Both the position numbers and the translations under genes were made by a program. A stretch of 64,000 nucleotides of DNA from Verrucomicrobiota bacterium (GTDB lineage: Bacteria; Verrucomicrobiota; Verrucomicrobiia; Limisphaerales; UBA9464). The stretch is taken from contig JAFLEF010000023.1 of assembly GCA_017309115.1 (NCBI GenBank), positions 23,502-87,501 of the forward strand. The letters are read 5' to 3'. Shown here one piece after another: positions 28,701-33,567 of the stretch (position 1 is the first letter of the stretch; each line of letters starts with the position of its first letter). The notes beneath the pieces are model-generated. The model was not told the origin of the DNA. It was given only the letters and a program-made list of their open reading frames with translations, and did not search any database.

Positions 28701-29560
28701 GCCTGCTAAACCAGGGACGTTGGGTCAAGGAAACGGGCACGACGCTGGAGATTACCGGGGGCGTGGAGGTGGAGCAGACCGGCGCGTGGGAGGTGCAGGC
28801 GGGTCTGCTGAGAGTGGCGTCACCGGCGCGCTGGCAAGGTGAAGTGACCGTGGCCGCGGGCGCCGCGTTGGAACTGGGTTCGGGTCGGCAGACCTTCGGT
28901 CCGGATTTGAGTTTGAGCGGCAGTGGTCGGCTGGCGTTCTTGGCGAATTCCAACGTGGAGTTGGCCCAGGAGCTCAACCTGGGTCGCTTGTTGGTGGAGT
29001 TTGGTCCCTCGGTGGATGTCCTGGGTGAGTTGACGCTGCGCAATGACGCGGGTGGGGTGATGGCCTTCAGCACGGCGAATACGGTGAGTGGACCGCTGGT
29101 GGTCGGGGGCAGAATGACGGTGGTCGCGACGGCGACGGGCAATTTCAATGCGCTCAAGTTGGACGATACCCTGACCCTGTTGTCGGGAGGTCGGTTGGAG
29201 AACTCCGGGGAGATTCGCCTTCGGGAGTTTGTGGATCAGGGCGGCGTGGTGGTGGGCAATGCGCCAGTGATCCGGACGGTCGGGCCGTTGCGCATTGAGC
29301 AGATTGTGGTGCTGCCCGCAATTGGATCCTCCGTGAGCCGGGCGGAGGCGGAGGGTGCCCAAGCCGGACCCGGCCCGCAGGTGGTGGTCCGCTGGGCGGG
29401 GGAAGCAGACGGCACCTATGCCGTGGAGTTCAGTTCGGATCTGCGGAACTGGGAGCCCTTGCGATGGTCCATCCGCCGGACGGAACCGGATCGTTTCGAG
29501 GCCTCGGGCGAAGCGGGCTTAGGTTCGGGCTTCTACCGGGTGGTTTCTGTTGGCGAGTGA
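16721..29560 (+). CDS. Giant secreted multi-domain surface-protein candidate (4,279 aa). Order: signal peptide, ~900-aa unknown N-terminal region, about a dozen CarboxypepD_reg-like domains, Ig-like domains, TSP3-like Ca-binding repeats, four large beta-helix-type repeats, C-terminal '...FYRV' module
   Basis: ATG 16721-16723 overlaps the TGA 16722-16724 of the RHS gene. The N-terminus MNSFPLPLAWPLRVLLAVLTACSVVAAASL is signal-like. The frame is uninterrupted for 12.8 kb, with the domain patterns listed in the sub-features. Confidence 0.9.
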   Translation: MNSFPLPLAWPLRVLLAVLTACSVVAAASLSTFDLRVVGTQLRVSPTTLTVPKNVAGSVAVEFVRGDGTIVSDLSASLAGSRIKAVLRGPAFAAQELSGPADRPLILPALRLPGDYVLEDLQLVDNATGLSRFPVTPESIPVRVVDEILVSRVTSRPLDLEEIREKGIVIDEANFRAVEFEVTLVLKGRTFPVVLPVVAPRFQESTEIIPRAELEERLAHAERLNRELAGLVELPEDVQVEMPDFQIQPMNFEEVPLGEEEKKVGIPITGLLVIPGNVGFLNQFFSVQLYTENAAPSGSGLAVNQLEARLVLPPGRDGVLSPNPFQNPGDDPLRPARVGSEGAVRTLLPVVQLGPDGLPGTADDLSRLQPGETGTAEFLIEGLREGLHLLDLQLEGNLEGLAAGVTRIRGRASGSVLVRNANFSLTFSHPQTVRADEPYEATVTLLNTSDFTANLVSVSLRRNSVSGAVLLSEESAELGNLAPGQSATATFRFRSQRTGSVIFSNLSTSDDNVKGRLSFSMGVDERGVGLNPDAIGYPDPVTRLPNELRHAVNRVLGQALGVATAARLPAGVLPVRRATVTQRVIELAEAGQRVELGDPSRRVYTDLLLDWLGGRTASEGFDQILRETEAGREWRAALAAVIESADNENAVERSVSRAADLAGLGQAWWLAASSDSRITVAVVEGDLRATPELSKIPGSVSLAGGRGGWALTSPNTGRQLEWIVRSNLTSAQVSWLRLDTNGTGELLIWSLSTLTEGTVLSFDPGTGGTELTLQSGPNRTQLTAARKPIAELPPQILSVRQNLNVLTDRMWNRCPIRDYANWGTVVGVLYSKPMSELAAEPAAYRLTGTLGVRTAQLQPGRRIVYLQLHRALAGFPQRPQEYPLTVSSVADPRGNRLATDTRLVETKAAKGTTIRGLVLGIDGQPAAGVPVTLTMADRVGDRCLVSEVRAAQVFTDDTGRFTLDFVLADVAFTVAALDVRALGGTNLDFLVSQLLKVYQANRFPRDQLEALAASPDTRAALLEAFNVGEFGQAVVAVEGLDRAVYQDLVPQGGARDQSELSVVLRFRGRGTVTGIVRDERGAPLSGAAVNLFPDTDSREKGRGILSGPDGSFRFDGVPLGRFSIEASTGDQRLRVVDGRLETLGQTVDLELVVPDTRLAFGSLNGQVLEADGTPHAQARVYVVQDLNAGSPRGILAEAITDEDGYWRADRVLATNRVGVVALSRDSQRKAVRAGVQLNVDGEGFLTLELESLATVRGIVRYADGQPAARAKVGGGDAVVRTDARGEFLLTGVPAGLRSVVAGLDAPDSRDGVTRLTGTTLTVTAGQDNFVDLRLPARGKITGRILNVAGEPVPNIRVAIPMADGFAWVNANTRGEFVFDAWPIGRYIVSAPSPPVKVKPDELAERALSALQGSDGRNMSAEAAALVGELANIYAQGTMGRFSSPNFVPTTWGFNEVELLNDGGTAFVEVQMLPGASVSGTVVNSQGVPIGANVKVFAFGPSKTGGPLVEERGEMVSDPGTGEFRFTGFLTGPIRLEATSPLLVGRAQYEDYLEPESPIRTGVTLTFPAQAATTGRLMGQVTSAEGTPVPDAEVAISFSSDYAIRTDTNGVFDTQIRLPVAYYFVTAKADGNVGQTTVQLVGGITNFAAVRLLGRGDLVVEVQNLDGTPATGAEVKVVGWDFPREEYSFESVDGFGRRTLMGLAEGEYVLEAKQLTGTLVEFVRGAVKVSRGQESRVQLRFGPTGSVRGQFVERLTQVPISGAQVWLRNPAGLAVASAPTGADGRFELTSLPLATYQLVSRNPVNGRLGSATVAVTPENSAPSVVLVEQALGEVRGIVRDSSGTNPAVGVRVTLSPTDRLFESRQVTTGPDGEFQFPGVPLGSFEVQAVLGLAGPQSRAQALLASETEPLILDLALPLTGSLDITVLRPDGVSPATNASVVLRLFDGPRRFDTDAQGRVRFGDVPLGNWTVRANSEVPGETRSQAVRDVALSLERRQIPLTLVLPGVGRVQGEVRNSDNSIPTSAVRLDVRFLTVGGGGDTVTVLTDSSGRFAVPDARLGDFSVTASLNALAATAGGRLDADGDVESVTLRLAANGVVSGRLLSATGAELRGADILLTFPSQTAFPGRVLVRTDAQAEFRAEGVPIGVPVVVTANVASLNGLLRRTVRLTQDGQVLALGDLRLDEEPPTVVQILPPDGSMEFLETESVRVDFSEALDPDSVTPEALYLVQGTNRVASDVTLESLATGSRVVLQPDEPLASATQYSVVVLGGNRVGPNGQLLRTGVKDGVDRLLVETVTSSFTTRDFLPPGLLSAFPADEAVEIDPQAVVRLEFDEAVRTNGYQVVVRGPAGPIPGESQVSASRRLVVFSPAVELPVNARFTVEVSGVRDAAGNVTPNFTNRFTTLDTLAPAVANLRLAAGQRAVAGATVLVEAVLDSTETNAAVRFKLDGVEVGVALIGPVFRWPVRLPGSGTAVVSATGLDSRGNSGSEAELILPLVANDAPSVALRRGPLESGPVRTGRSFSVVVEATDDARVAGTVLTLTGALTNRWELGGGTNTVVVTLPAEAVSGPAFEFRATAFDELGARSTEALLAVPTTDATLPGLVWNGPPAGTRLDPRNPFPLDLEVRDNSGAVNVQSTLRYRNGVLTNLTASVVLVPNVSQSVRLEANLAGAEDGGTLEVDLTVTDAAGNVARQSLSYSVRGVRGPKLVQIRNSAGTLLPTTNVVSPWISFLIFDFDRSLAPTNLVDQLVLTNDLGEPIAFTPVLTANTIQCQLNGASLPPGSEVTAILRPGLTDASGNETQLADGRAFPPEGVSVTFPVARFLGLKPDSGRRVVPGQTLVLDLTQDRALDLVEVRLNGERMPVRTVNGEVHRYPARLSEQATNAQVTVITVQPGRPPRLLAQADYVVVPRDGDSDGDGLPNGWEADRSFVNDAIRFDPADPADARANFDSDALDNLTEFQLGTDPFRVDTDGDGLWDHQESLEPNGCPSPLVADSDGDGTNDRFDFDACDPQESLTVSPLALTVSEGTATTNALTLRLVNLGSPSLRFDPAFPRPDWAQLLDSSSPNTNVSTWRLRLGPSFSDAGDYSLRLRATASRALGQVEFPVEVLVRVQNVTNVPVTRWRSPVSGRWQDASAWSDGVPDVGRQAVIDVPGTYTVSVDVGGLASGLQVGGPGAAVTLNLVSGTLTLNDDATIHPGSVLRSQNGGLDGQGDLRVAGRMEWSTSALAGSGRLLIEPGGEMETRSGTLSLFRSLENAGTLRLADGLTLWLEGSTLTNRGDLLLENSGQIWFRSSLNREQVVNEGRMQKTGAGEFTLNSLPFHQHGRLEVMAGTLTSTGGGVHSTTNVLPAGATLRLGGRNPASPLVWTPESAWSGAGRFEFVGSSNLVLGSFQPTGLVEFAATSTRLARSIVPPLAATFSFGLTHFAQDQVLTNSVASASSTILTDGELSVVGRLQSASGTFGGTGRLRIAPGGSWVVNGDSIVQLSCQVENEGAVEILDGGDLRLNGVTLVNRGEFTTRGEATIWWQTVFAENRFENEGRFRQLGGGQVSFRLVPFHHRGELELTGSLFLDEGGANHSRLEVPAGVTLVLGDSMEYGAGSFLGGAGTIRFDQGNHILSGGFEPTGSVIWNGGTVTVNETPASPYAASFNSGRSVFGAPQRLRSASFAGATVEGADLEVEGDLQLRSGALLGPGRVTTTTNSTVRVESSVRTTLSTLGRTLLTRGPVLCATNAWVRFQGGRWENESRFEVPAGLRLDSFGGTNGFVNRGVFEQSGSNTVEITGVAVENTGPWLLTGGSLTLAGGGTNSVPWNIPAGMPLSLGGRWLQLAPLTARGPVQFTAGVQQWNAPFQNVGSLRVDSGAEVFWTAGLTNDGSVTVLGTMVAGTPSLVRQMILQQGELRAEAPLTITEEFRWLSGTLAGAGGVHLAATGLGEVSGNGLASLRGLFSSAGTVTLTNTASVQFRNGTWRNEPSGTVILRSSGSFLGFGSTTNRLLNQGRWVKETGTTLEITGGVEVEQTGAWEVQAGLLRVASPARWQGEVTVAAGAALELGSGRQTFGPDLSLSGSGRLAFLANSNVELAQELNLGRLLVEFGPSVDVLGELTLRNDAGGVMAFSTANTVSGPLVVGGRMTVVATATGNFNALKLDDTLTLLSGGRLENSGEIRLREFVDQGGVVVGNAPVIRTVGPLRIEQIVVLPAIGSSVSRAEAEGAQAGPGPQVVVRWAGEADGTYAVEFSSDLRNWEPLRWSIRRTEPDRFEASGEAGLGSGFYRVVSVGE
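19450..23200 (+). repeat. Tandem array of about 12-14 carboxypeptidase-regulatory-like (prealbumin/transthyretin-fold) domains
   Basis: Repeating pattern G.v.G.V.d..G.P..gA.V.l.......TD..G.F.f..vP.G.y.v.A. Examples: GTVTGIVRDERGAPLSGAAVNLFPD...GPDGSFRFDGVPLGRFSIEAS; GEVRGIVRDSSGTNPAVGVRVTL...TGPDGEFQFPGVPLGSFEVQA; GSVRGQFVERLTQVPISGAQVWL...GADGRFELTSLPLATYQLVS. Confidence 0.75.
23275..23947 (+). other. Two consecutive SbsA_Ig/Big_5-like Ig domains
   Basis: PPTVVQILPPDGSMEFLETESVRVDFSEALDPDSVTPEALYLVQG...ATQYSVVVLG and LLSAFPADEAVEIDPQAVVRLEFDEAVRTNGYQVVVRG...ARFTVEVSGVRDAAGNV. Confidence 0.6.
25453..25756 (+). repeat. Thrombospondin type-3-like Ca-binding repeats (D-x-D-x-D-G)
   Basis: DGDSDGDGLPNGWE, FDSDALDNLTEFQLGTDP, DTDGDGLWDHQE, DSDGDGTNDRFDFDACDP. 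Confidence 0.7.
26321..28900 (+). repeat. Four degenerate ~230-250-aa tandem repeats, G/T/N/L-rich (beta-helix / autotransporter-associated beta-strand-like). A possible partial fifth unit extends to about 29270
   Basis: Unit starts are near 26321, 27080, 27764 and 28451. Alignable cores: VVNEGRMQKTGAGEFTLNSLPFHQHGRLEVMAGTLT...VLPAGATLRLGG / FENEGRFRQLGGGQVSFRLVPFHHRGELELTGSLFL...EVPAGVTLVLGD / FVNRGVFEQSGSNTVEITGVAVENTGPWLLTGGSLTL...NIPAGMPLSLGG / LLNQGRWVKETGTTLEITGGVEVEQTGAWEVQAGLLRV...TVAAGAALELGS. Confidence 0.7.
29377..29557 (+). other. C-terminal '...FYRV' module of the giant protein
   Basis: PQVVVRWAGEADGTYAVEFSSDLRNWEPLRWSIRRTEPDRFEASGEAGLGSGFYRVVSVGE. It follows the same pattern as the modules at 2527-3069, 44328-44538 and 47113-47320. 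Confidence 0.6.
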
Positions 29561-31923
29561 GAACTCGAGTTGGGATCCGGGAGGGGAAAGGCGCGCCAAC
29601 CCTCCGGCCTGTAGGCGTGGCAGGCGCCACCATCGAGAGCGAACAAATGGATCCAACCGTGATCGAAGAGTTGGCGGACCCCTGGGTTTGCGCTCAGAAC
29701 GGCGGCGATCCGATCTCTGGGAGCCTCGATGAACACGGACAACCGGCGCGGTTCGTGCATGAACTGGTTGCCGTTGTGCAAGGATTGCAGCGGAAGTCCC
29801 ACCTTGAGGTCGCCGGTGTTTCCTTCGAGCACCCCCAGTCCGCCGACCACGTTATGCAGAACCTTGTTCCCGCTCCCATAACGTTGGGGATCCACGCGCG
29901 AGGCGTAGTATTGCAGATTGATCCAGCTCGCGACGACCACCGGCGCGCTGAGTATCAGGGTCAGCACCCGATCCTCTGGGTCGAGTTCCGAGCGGTAGTC
30001 GTGGAGGAACACCCGACCCTGCAGATTGAGCTGGGCGGTCCGGTAGCGAGGAGCGGCGATCAGCGCCGCGTTGTTGGCCAAGCCCCATTCCGGCCGGACT
30101 TGGGAGATGTCCGTTCCGCGGTCTCGAATTCGCTCGTCCAATTCCCAGCTTGAGGCTGTGAAACAGCCCAGGTCCTGAGCTCGCTCTCGGCGCGTAGCAG
30201 ACCCAGCGGCGGCGAGTGCGTCCTGCAGGAGGGTCAGTTCCTCATGATGCGTGGTCGGAACCGCTTCGGCGAACAGGGTGACATCATCCGAAGTCGTGTT
30301 GTGAAGTCCGGCGAGGAAGTGGGTGTCGTCCGGAATGTCGATGCCCCGTTGCCGCAAGCCTTGGCGTACGTCGGGCTGATTCAGGGTGGTGGCCGCGAGC
30401 CGGGCGTTGACGTCGCCGGCATGACCGCCACAAGCGCCGCAGTCTAATCCCGAAGCGTAGGGGTTGTTGGCACTCTGGCTGCCATGACCACAGATCAGCA
30501 CGAGTCGAGAGAATCCACCCGTGAGGCTCATGTTCCGTAGGGCGCCTTCGGCCAGGGCTAGGCGGGTCGGGAGGGACTGCTCAGCAGGGAGAGAAAGCGC
30601 CGGAGCCACAGGACCGCAAGTGGGCTGGATCCGACTTCGCGTTCGTCCCAAAGCGGCACCGAACGTCAGCCCCAGAGTTTCGACAAAGGAGAAGCAGGAG
30701 GCGGCCGAGTTCTGGAAGGCTTTCCAAGCCTCCTTTTCCCGGTGGCCAACGCTGAGTTGAGCCTGCTCCTCTGGACTAAGGGGTTCCGTGGAAGTCACCG
30801 GTGGCACGAGGAGTGCCGGGCAGCGGGCGCCAACCGAATCCGTGTGGGTCGCATGGTGGCTGACAGGGAATCCGAAGAAGCCGGCGAACCCCAGGGTTTG
30901 AATGCCCGGGAACTCATATTCCAGGTGCCGTCGAAACACCTCGGAGCGGACGTCGATGCAGAAAATGGCTTGCGCCGTAGGGCGTGTTTTAAAGGGCGTG
31001 AGGTTCTGTCGGACAAGTCGAAGGGCCAGGTCGCGTTGAAATCCCAGTTCATAGGCCTGTTGCCAACGAACCAAAGCCGCGACCACCTCCCGCGACGGGG
31101 CAGATTCGGACGGATCCGCGGGAGGCGGGGAAAACGCGTGGTGAAGCGCCGCGTCATAGGCGAGGCGGATGGCGAGCAGGTCCCGCAAAAGGGTGTTGGA
31201 TTTTCCCCGGAGCTGATCCTCCCGGACGCGGTACTGAAGGTGCCCGGCCCAGCCGGAAATGGTGGCCAGTTGCCGATGGAGGAATTCAGCGATCGGGATG
31301 TTCTGAGGTTGAATGATCTCGAGACAGACCCGGATGCATTCGGCGGCGTCTTCCGGTAGATTGCCGACAAAATTCCGGAAGCCCGTGAGGCCAAAGGTCT
31401 CGGGAGCATGGTCCCAGCGGGCGGCCTCCCGCCAGGCGCGATAAAGTTCCTGCTCCCGCCAAGGGGAACGCCAGGCGGCTTGGTTTTCGTCAAACTGAAC
31501 CGCACACCACTTGGAGATTTCCTCAATTACGAACTGTCCCCAATGAGCTCCCGGCCTCTGTCGATCCAGCCGATCGGCGACGGTTGGGATAGGTCGGCTT
31601 TCCCGGGAACCCGCTTGCTCCAGCGCTTCCCGCAGGCGATCGGGGGTCCATTCCGCGTCGCTCACGGCCGCGAGATCGGTGGGTGAGATGACCCCGCTTT
31701 TCCACGCTTCGAGGTAATCTTGGGCGGATTGCAGAGGGATCGCGCCCGTAACCCGGTCCAGAAGGGTGCACGCGGACGTGAAGGGTAGGCCGGTCAATCC
31801 GAGGAAGGGATTGACCGCGACGAAATGGCGTAATGGCCAGAGCGGTGGAATTCGGCTCTGAGCCTCCTCGCTGGCGGCGTGAACGGAGGCGGCATCAAGG
31901 TGGGGCGAAGGAATCAGGCTCAT
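29533..31923 (-). CDS. dabA: DabA (DUF2309/UPF0753), the beta-carbonic-anhydrase-like subunit of the DAB inorganic carbon pump
   Basis: N-terminal PLWPLRHFVAVNPFLG and internal SGLDCGACGGHAGDVNARLAATTLN are DUF2309 hallmarks. About 800 aa, directly downstream of a NuoL/ND5-like gene. Its 3' end overlaps the convergent giant gene by 28 nt. Confidence 0.85.
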   Translation of the reverse strand: MSLIPSPHLDAASVHAASEEAQSRIPPLWPLRHFVAVNPFLGLTGLPFTSACTLLDRVTGAIPLQSAQDYLEAWKSGVISPTDLAAVSDAEWTPDRLREALEQAGSRESRPIPTVADRLDRQRPGAHWGQFVIEEISKWCAVQFDENQAAWRSPWREQELYRAWREAARWDHAPETFGLTGFRNFVGNLPEDAAECIRVCLEIIQPQNIPIAEFLHRQLATISGWAGHLQYRVREDQLRGKSNTLLRDLLAIRLAYDAALHHAFSPPPADPSESAPSREVVAALVRWQQAYELGFQRDLALRLVRQNLTPFKTRPTAQAIFCIDVRSEVFRRHLEYEFPGIQTLGFAGFFGFPVSHHATHTDSVGARCPALLVPPVTSTEPLSPEEQAQLSVGHREKEAWKAFQNSAASCFSFVETLGLTFGAALGRTRSRIQPTCGPVAPALSLPAEQSLPTRLALAEGALRNMSLTGGFSRLVLICGHGSQSANNPYASGLDCGACGGHAGDVNARLAATTLNQPDVRQGLRQRGIDIPDDTHFLAGLHNTTSDDVTLFAEAVPTTHHEELTLLQDALAAAGSATRRERAQDLGCFTASSWELDERIRDRGTDISQVRPEWGLANNAALIAAPRYRTAQLNLQGRVFLHDYRSELDPEDRVLTLILSAPVVVASWINLQYYASRVDPQRYGSGNKVLHNVVGGLGVLEGNTGDLKVGLPLQSLHNGNQFMHEPRRLSVFIEAPRDRIAAVLSANPGVRQLFDHGWIHLFALDGGACHAYRPEGWRAFPLPDPNSSSHSPTETTR

Positions 31924-31956
31924 GTAGGTTGGCAGATGAAAGGTGGGACGTGAGAA

Positions 31957-33489
31957 TCAGAGGCTGGTTGCGCGGGGCCAAAGTCGGTTAAGGGCGCGAT
32001 TGGCCCAGGTCCCGACGTAAAAGCCGTTGAGAGCATGGACGTAGAGGCGACGGCCCAGGGGCCAGTTCCGGCTTCTCCACAGCAGCGCCTGGAACAGGAA
32101 GAGGCCGATGAATATCGCGCCGACCAAGCTGGAGACCCAGGGGCTGGGATCCCAAGCGGGCGTTGGCGGCACCAAGGCGGTCGCGGCTGCGTGCAGGCCC
32201 AGGCTGATCAGAACCAGCACGGCCGCAAACAGGACACCCTTGGTCAGCGATCGGATTCCCGCGTCGGAAGAACCGAGACGCGCCAATCCGTAGGCCAGGG
32301 CCAGGGACAAGATCAGGAGGAACACGATCGAGGTTTCACTCCCGCCGGGGGCAAACTTCGCCCAAAGCGTTGCGCACCCGGAAACCAGGATCGCCCCCGC
32401 GAGAACTCCAAAGCTCAGGGTGGGTACGCTTAGTCGGATTGCCGCCGGAGAACGCGCCCCGATGGTCGATCCGGCGTGGAGGAAGGCGTGAGCCTTGTAA
32501 AGGGAGTGCGCCACGATGTGCAGCAACGCCAGGCCGAACGCTCCCAGTCCGCATTGCAGGAGCATGAAGCCCATTTGGGCGATGGTGGAGTAGGCCAGCG
32601 CCCGTTTCACCGTGGGCTGGGCGAGCATGACCGTGGCCCCAAAGGCGGCGGTGATCGCGGCCATGATCGAGAGGACGGCGAGTCCGCTAGCCGAGTGCGC
32701 CAAGAGCGGGTTCAGGCGGATCAGCAGAAATCCACCGGCATTGATGATCCCGGCGTGCATGAAAGCGGATACGGGAGTGGGAGTTTCCATGGTGTCCGGC
32801 AGCCAGCTGTGGAAGGGGAATAGCGCCGACTTCAGGGACGCACAGAGCACAAGTAAGACTCCGACGCTGGGGAGCGGTTGGTTGTCGCCGGCCGCGACCA
32901 ACCGAAACAGGGACTCCAATTCCCAGGTTCCGTAGTGGCGATAGATCAGGATAACCGCGCCCAGCAGACACAGGTCACCGAGCCGGCTGACGACAAACTT
33001 CTTTCGGGCCGCAAAAACGGCTCCTGGCCGCTCGGGATAGAACAGGAGCAATTGGTGGAGACACAGACTCGTAGCAATCCAGGCCAGGAGGATCAGCAGT
33101 AGATTGCCGGAAAGTACCAAGGTCAGCACCGCGCTCAGGGTCAGACCCATCCAACCAAAGAACTGATTCTGTCTTGGGTCACCTGCGAGGTAGTGAAGGG
33201 AAAAACGCAGTATTGCCGATCCCAGTGAGGTCACCAGTAGGACCATGACGAGGCTGATGGCATCCAGTCGGAGGGAGATCGCGGAGAGCCCGGAATCTGG
33301 CATCAGCCGGACCCAAGCGGTTCCATAAACCAAGACGGCGGCCGTGGTGGCGAAAGCGATGACGGCGGCAGCGAGCGTGGCTGCCCAAACCAGACGTGGG
33401 GCGCGGGAGGTTCCGAGCAGAGCGAGGAGGCCGGCGATCAGCGGGAGGAGAGGCAGGGCGGCGGCCAGACCGAGAAGCAGTAAACTCAT
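31957..33489 (-). CDS. dabB: DabB (NuoL/ND5-like proton-conducting membrane transporter, PF00361 family)
   Basis: 510-aa polytopic protein with NuoL/Mrp-type segments (SALFPFHSWLPDTMETPTPVSAFMHAGIINAGGFLLIRL; AYSTIAQMGFMLLQCGLGAFGLALLHIVAHSLYKAHAFL). It sits 33 nt upstream of DUF2309, which is the canonical dabBA pairing. Confidence 0.8.
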   Translation of the reverse strand: MSLLLLGLAAALPLLPLIAGLLALLGTSRAPRLVWAATLAAAVIAFATTAAVLVYGTAWVRLMPDSGLSAISLRLDAISLVMVLLVTSLGSAILRFSLHYLAGDPRQNQFFGWMGLTLSAVLTLVLSGNLLLILLAWIATSLCLHQLLLFYPERPGAVFAARKKFVVSRLGDLCLLGAVILIYRHYGTWELESLFRLVAAGDNQPLPSVGVLLVLCASLKSALFPFHSWLPDTMETPTPVSAFMHAGIINAGGFLLIRLNPLLAHSASGLAVLSIMAAITAAFGATVMLAQPTVKRALAYSTIAQMGFMLLQCGLGAFGLALLHIVAHSLYKAHAFLHAGSTIGARSPAAIRLSVPTLSFGVLAGAILVSGCATLWAKFAPGGSETSIVFLLILSLALAYGLARLGSSDAGIRSLTKGVLFAAVLVLISLGLHAAATALVPPTPAWDPSPWVSSLVGAIFIGLFLFQALLWRSRNWPLGRRLYVHALNGFYVGTWANRALNRLWPRATSL

Positions 33490-33514
33490 CGGCCGCCATG
33501 CTAGGCGGACTCTT

Positions 33515-33557
33515 GTTTTAGACGACTACAGCCATTAAAACCCGGACGTTAGTTTTA
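33515..33557. promoter_or_regulatory. Candidate LysR-type operator in the 78-bp dabB / lysR divergent intergenic region: three GTTTTA/TAAAAC half-sites
   Basis: GTTTTA at 33515-33520, TAAAAC at 33536-33541 and GTTTTA at 33552-33557. These form two overlapping inverted repeats (spacers of 15 and 10 nt) in the only AT-rich patch between the divergent start codons. Confidence 0.4.
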
Positions 33558-33567
33558 TTTAACGCCA

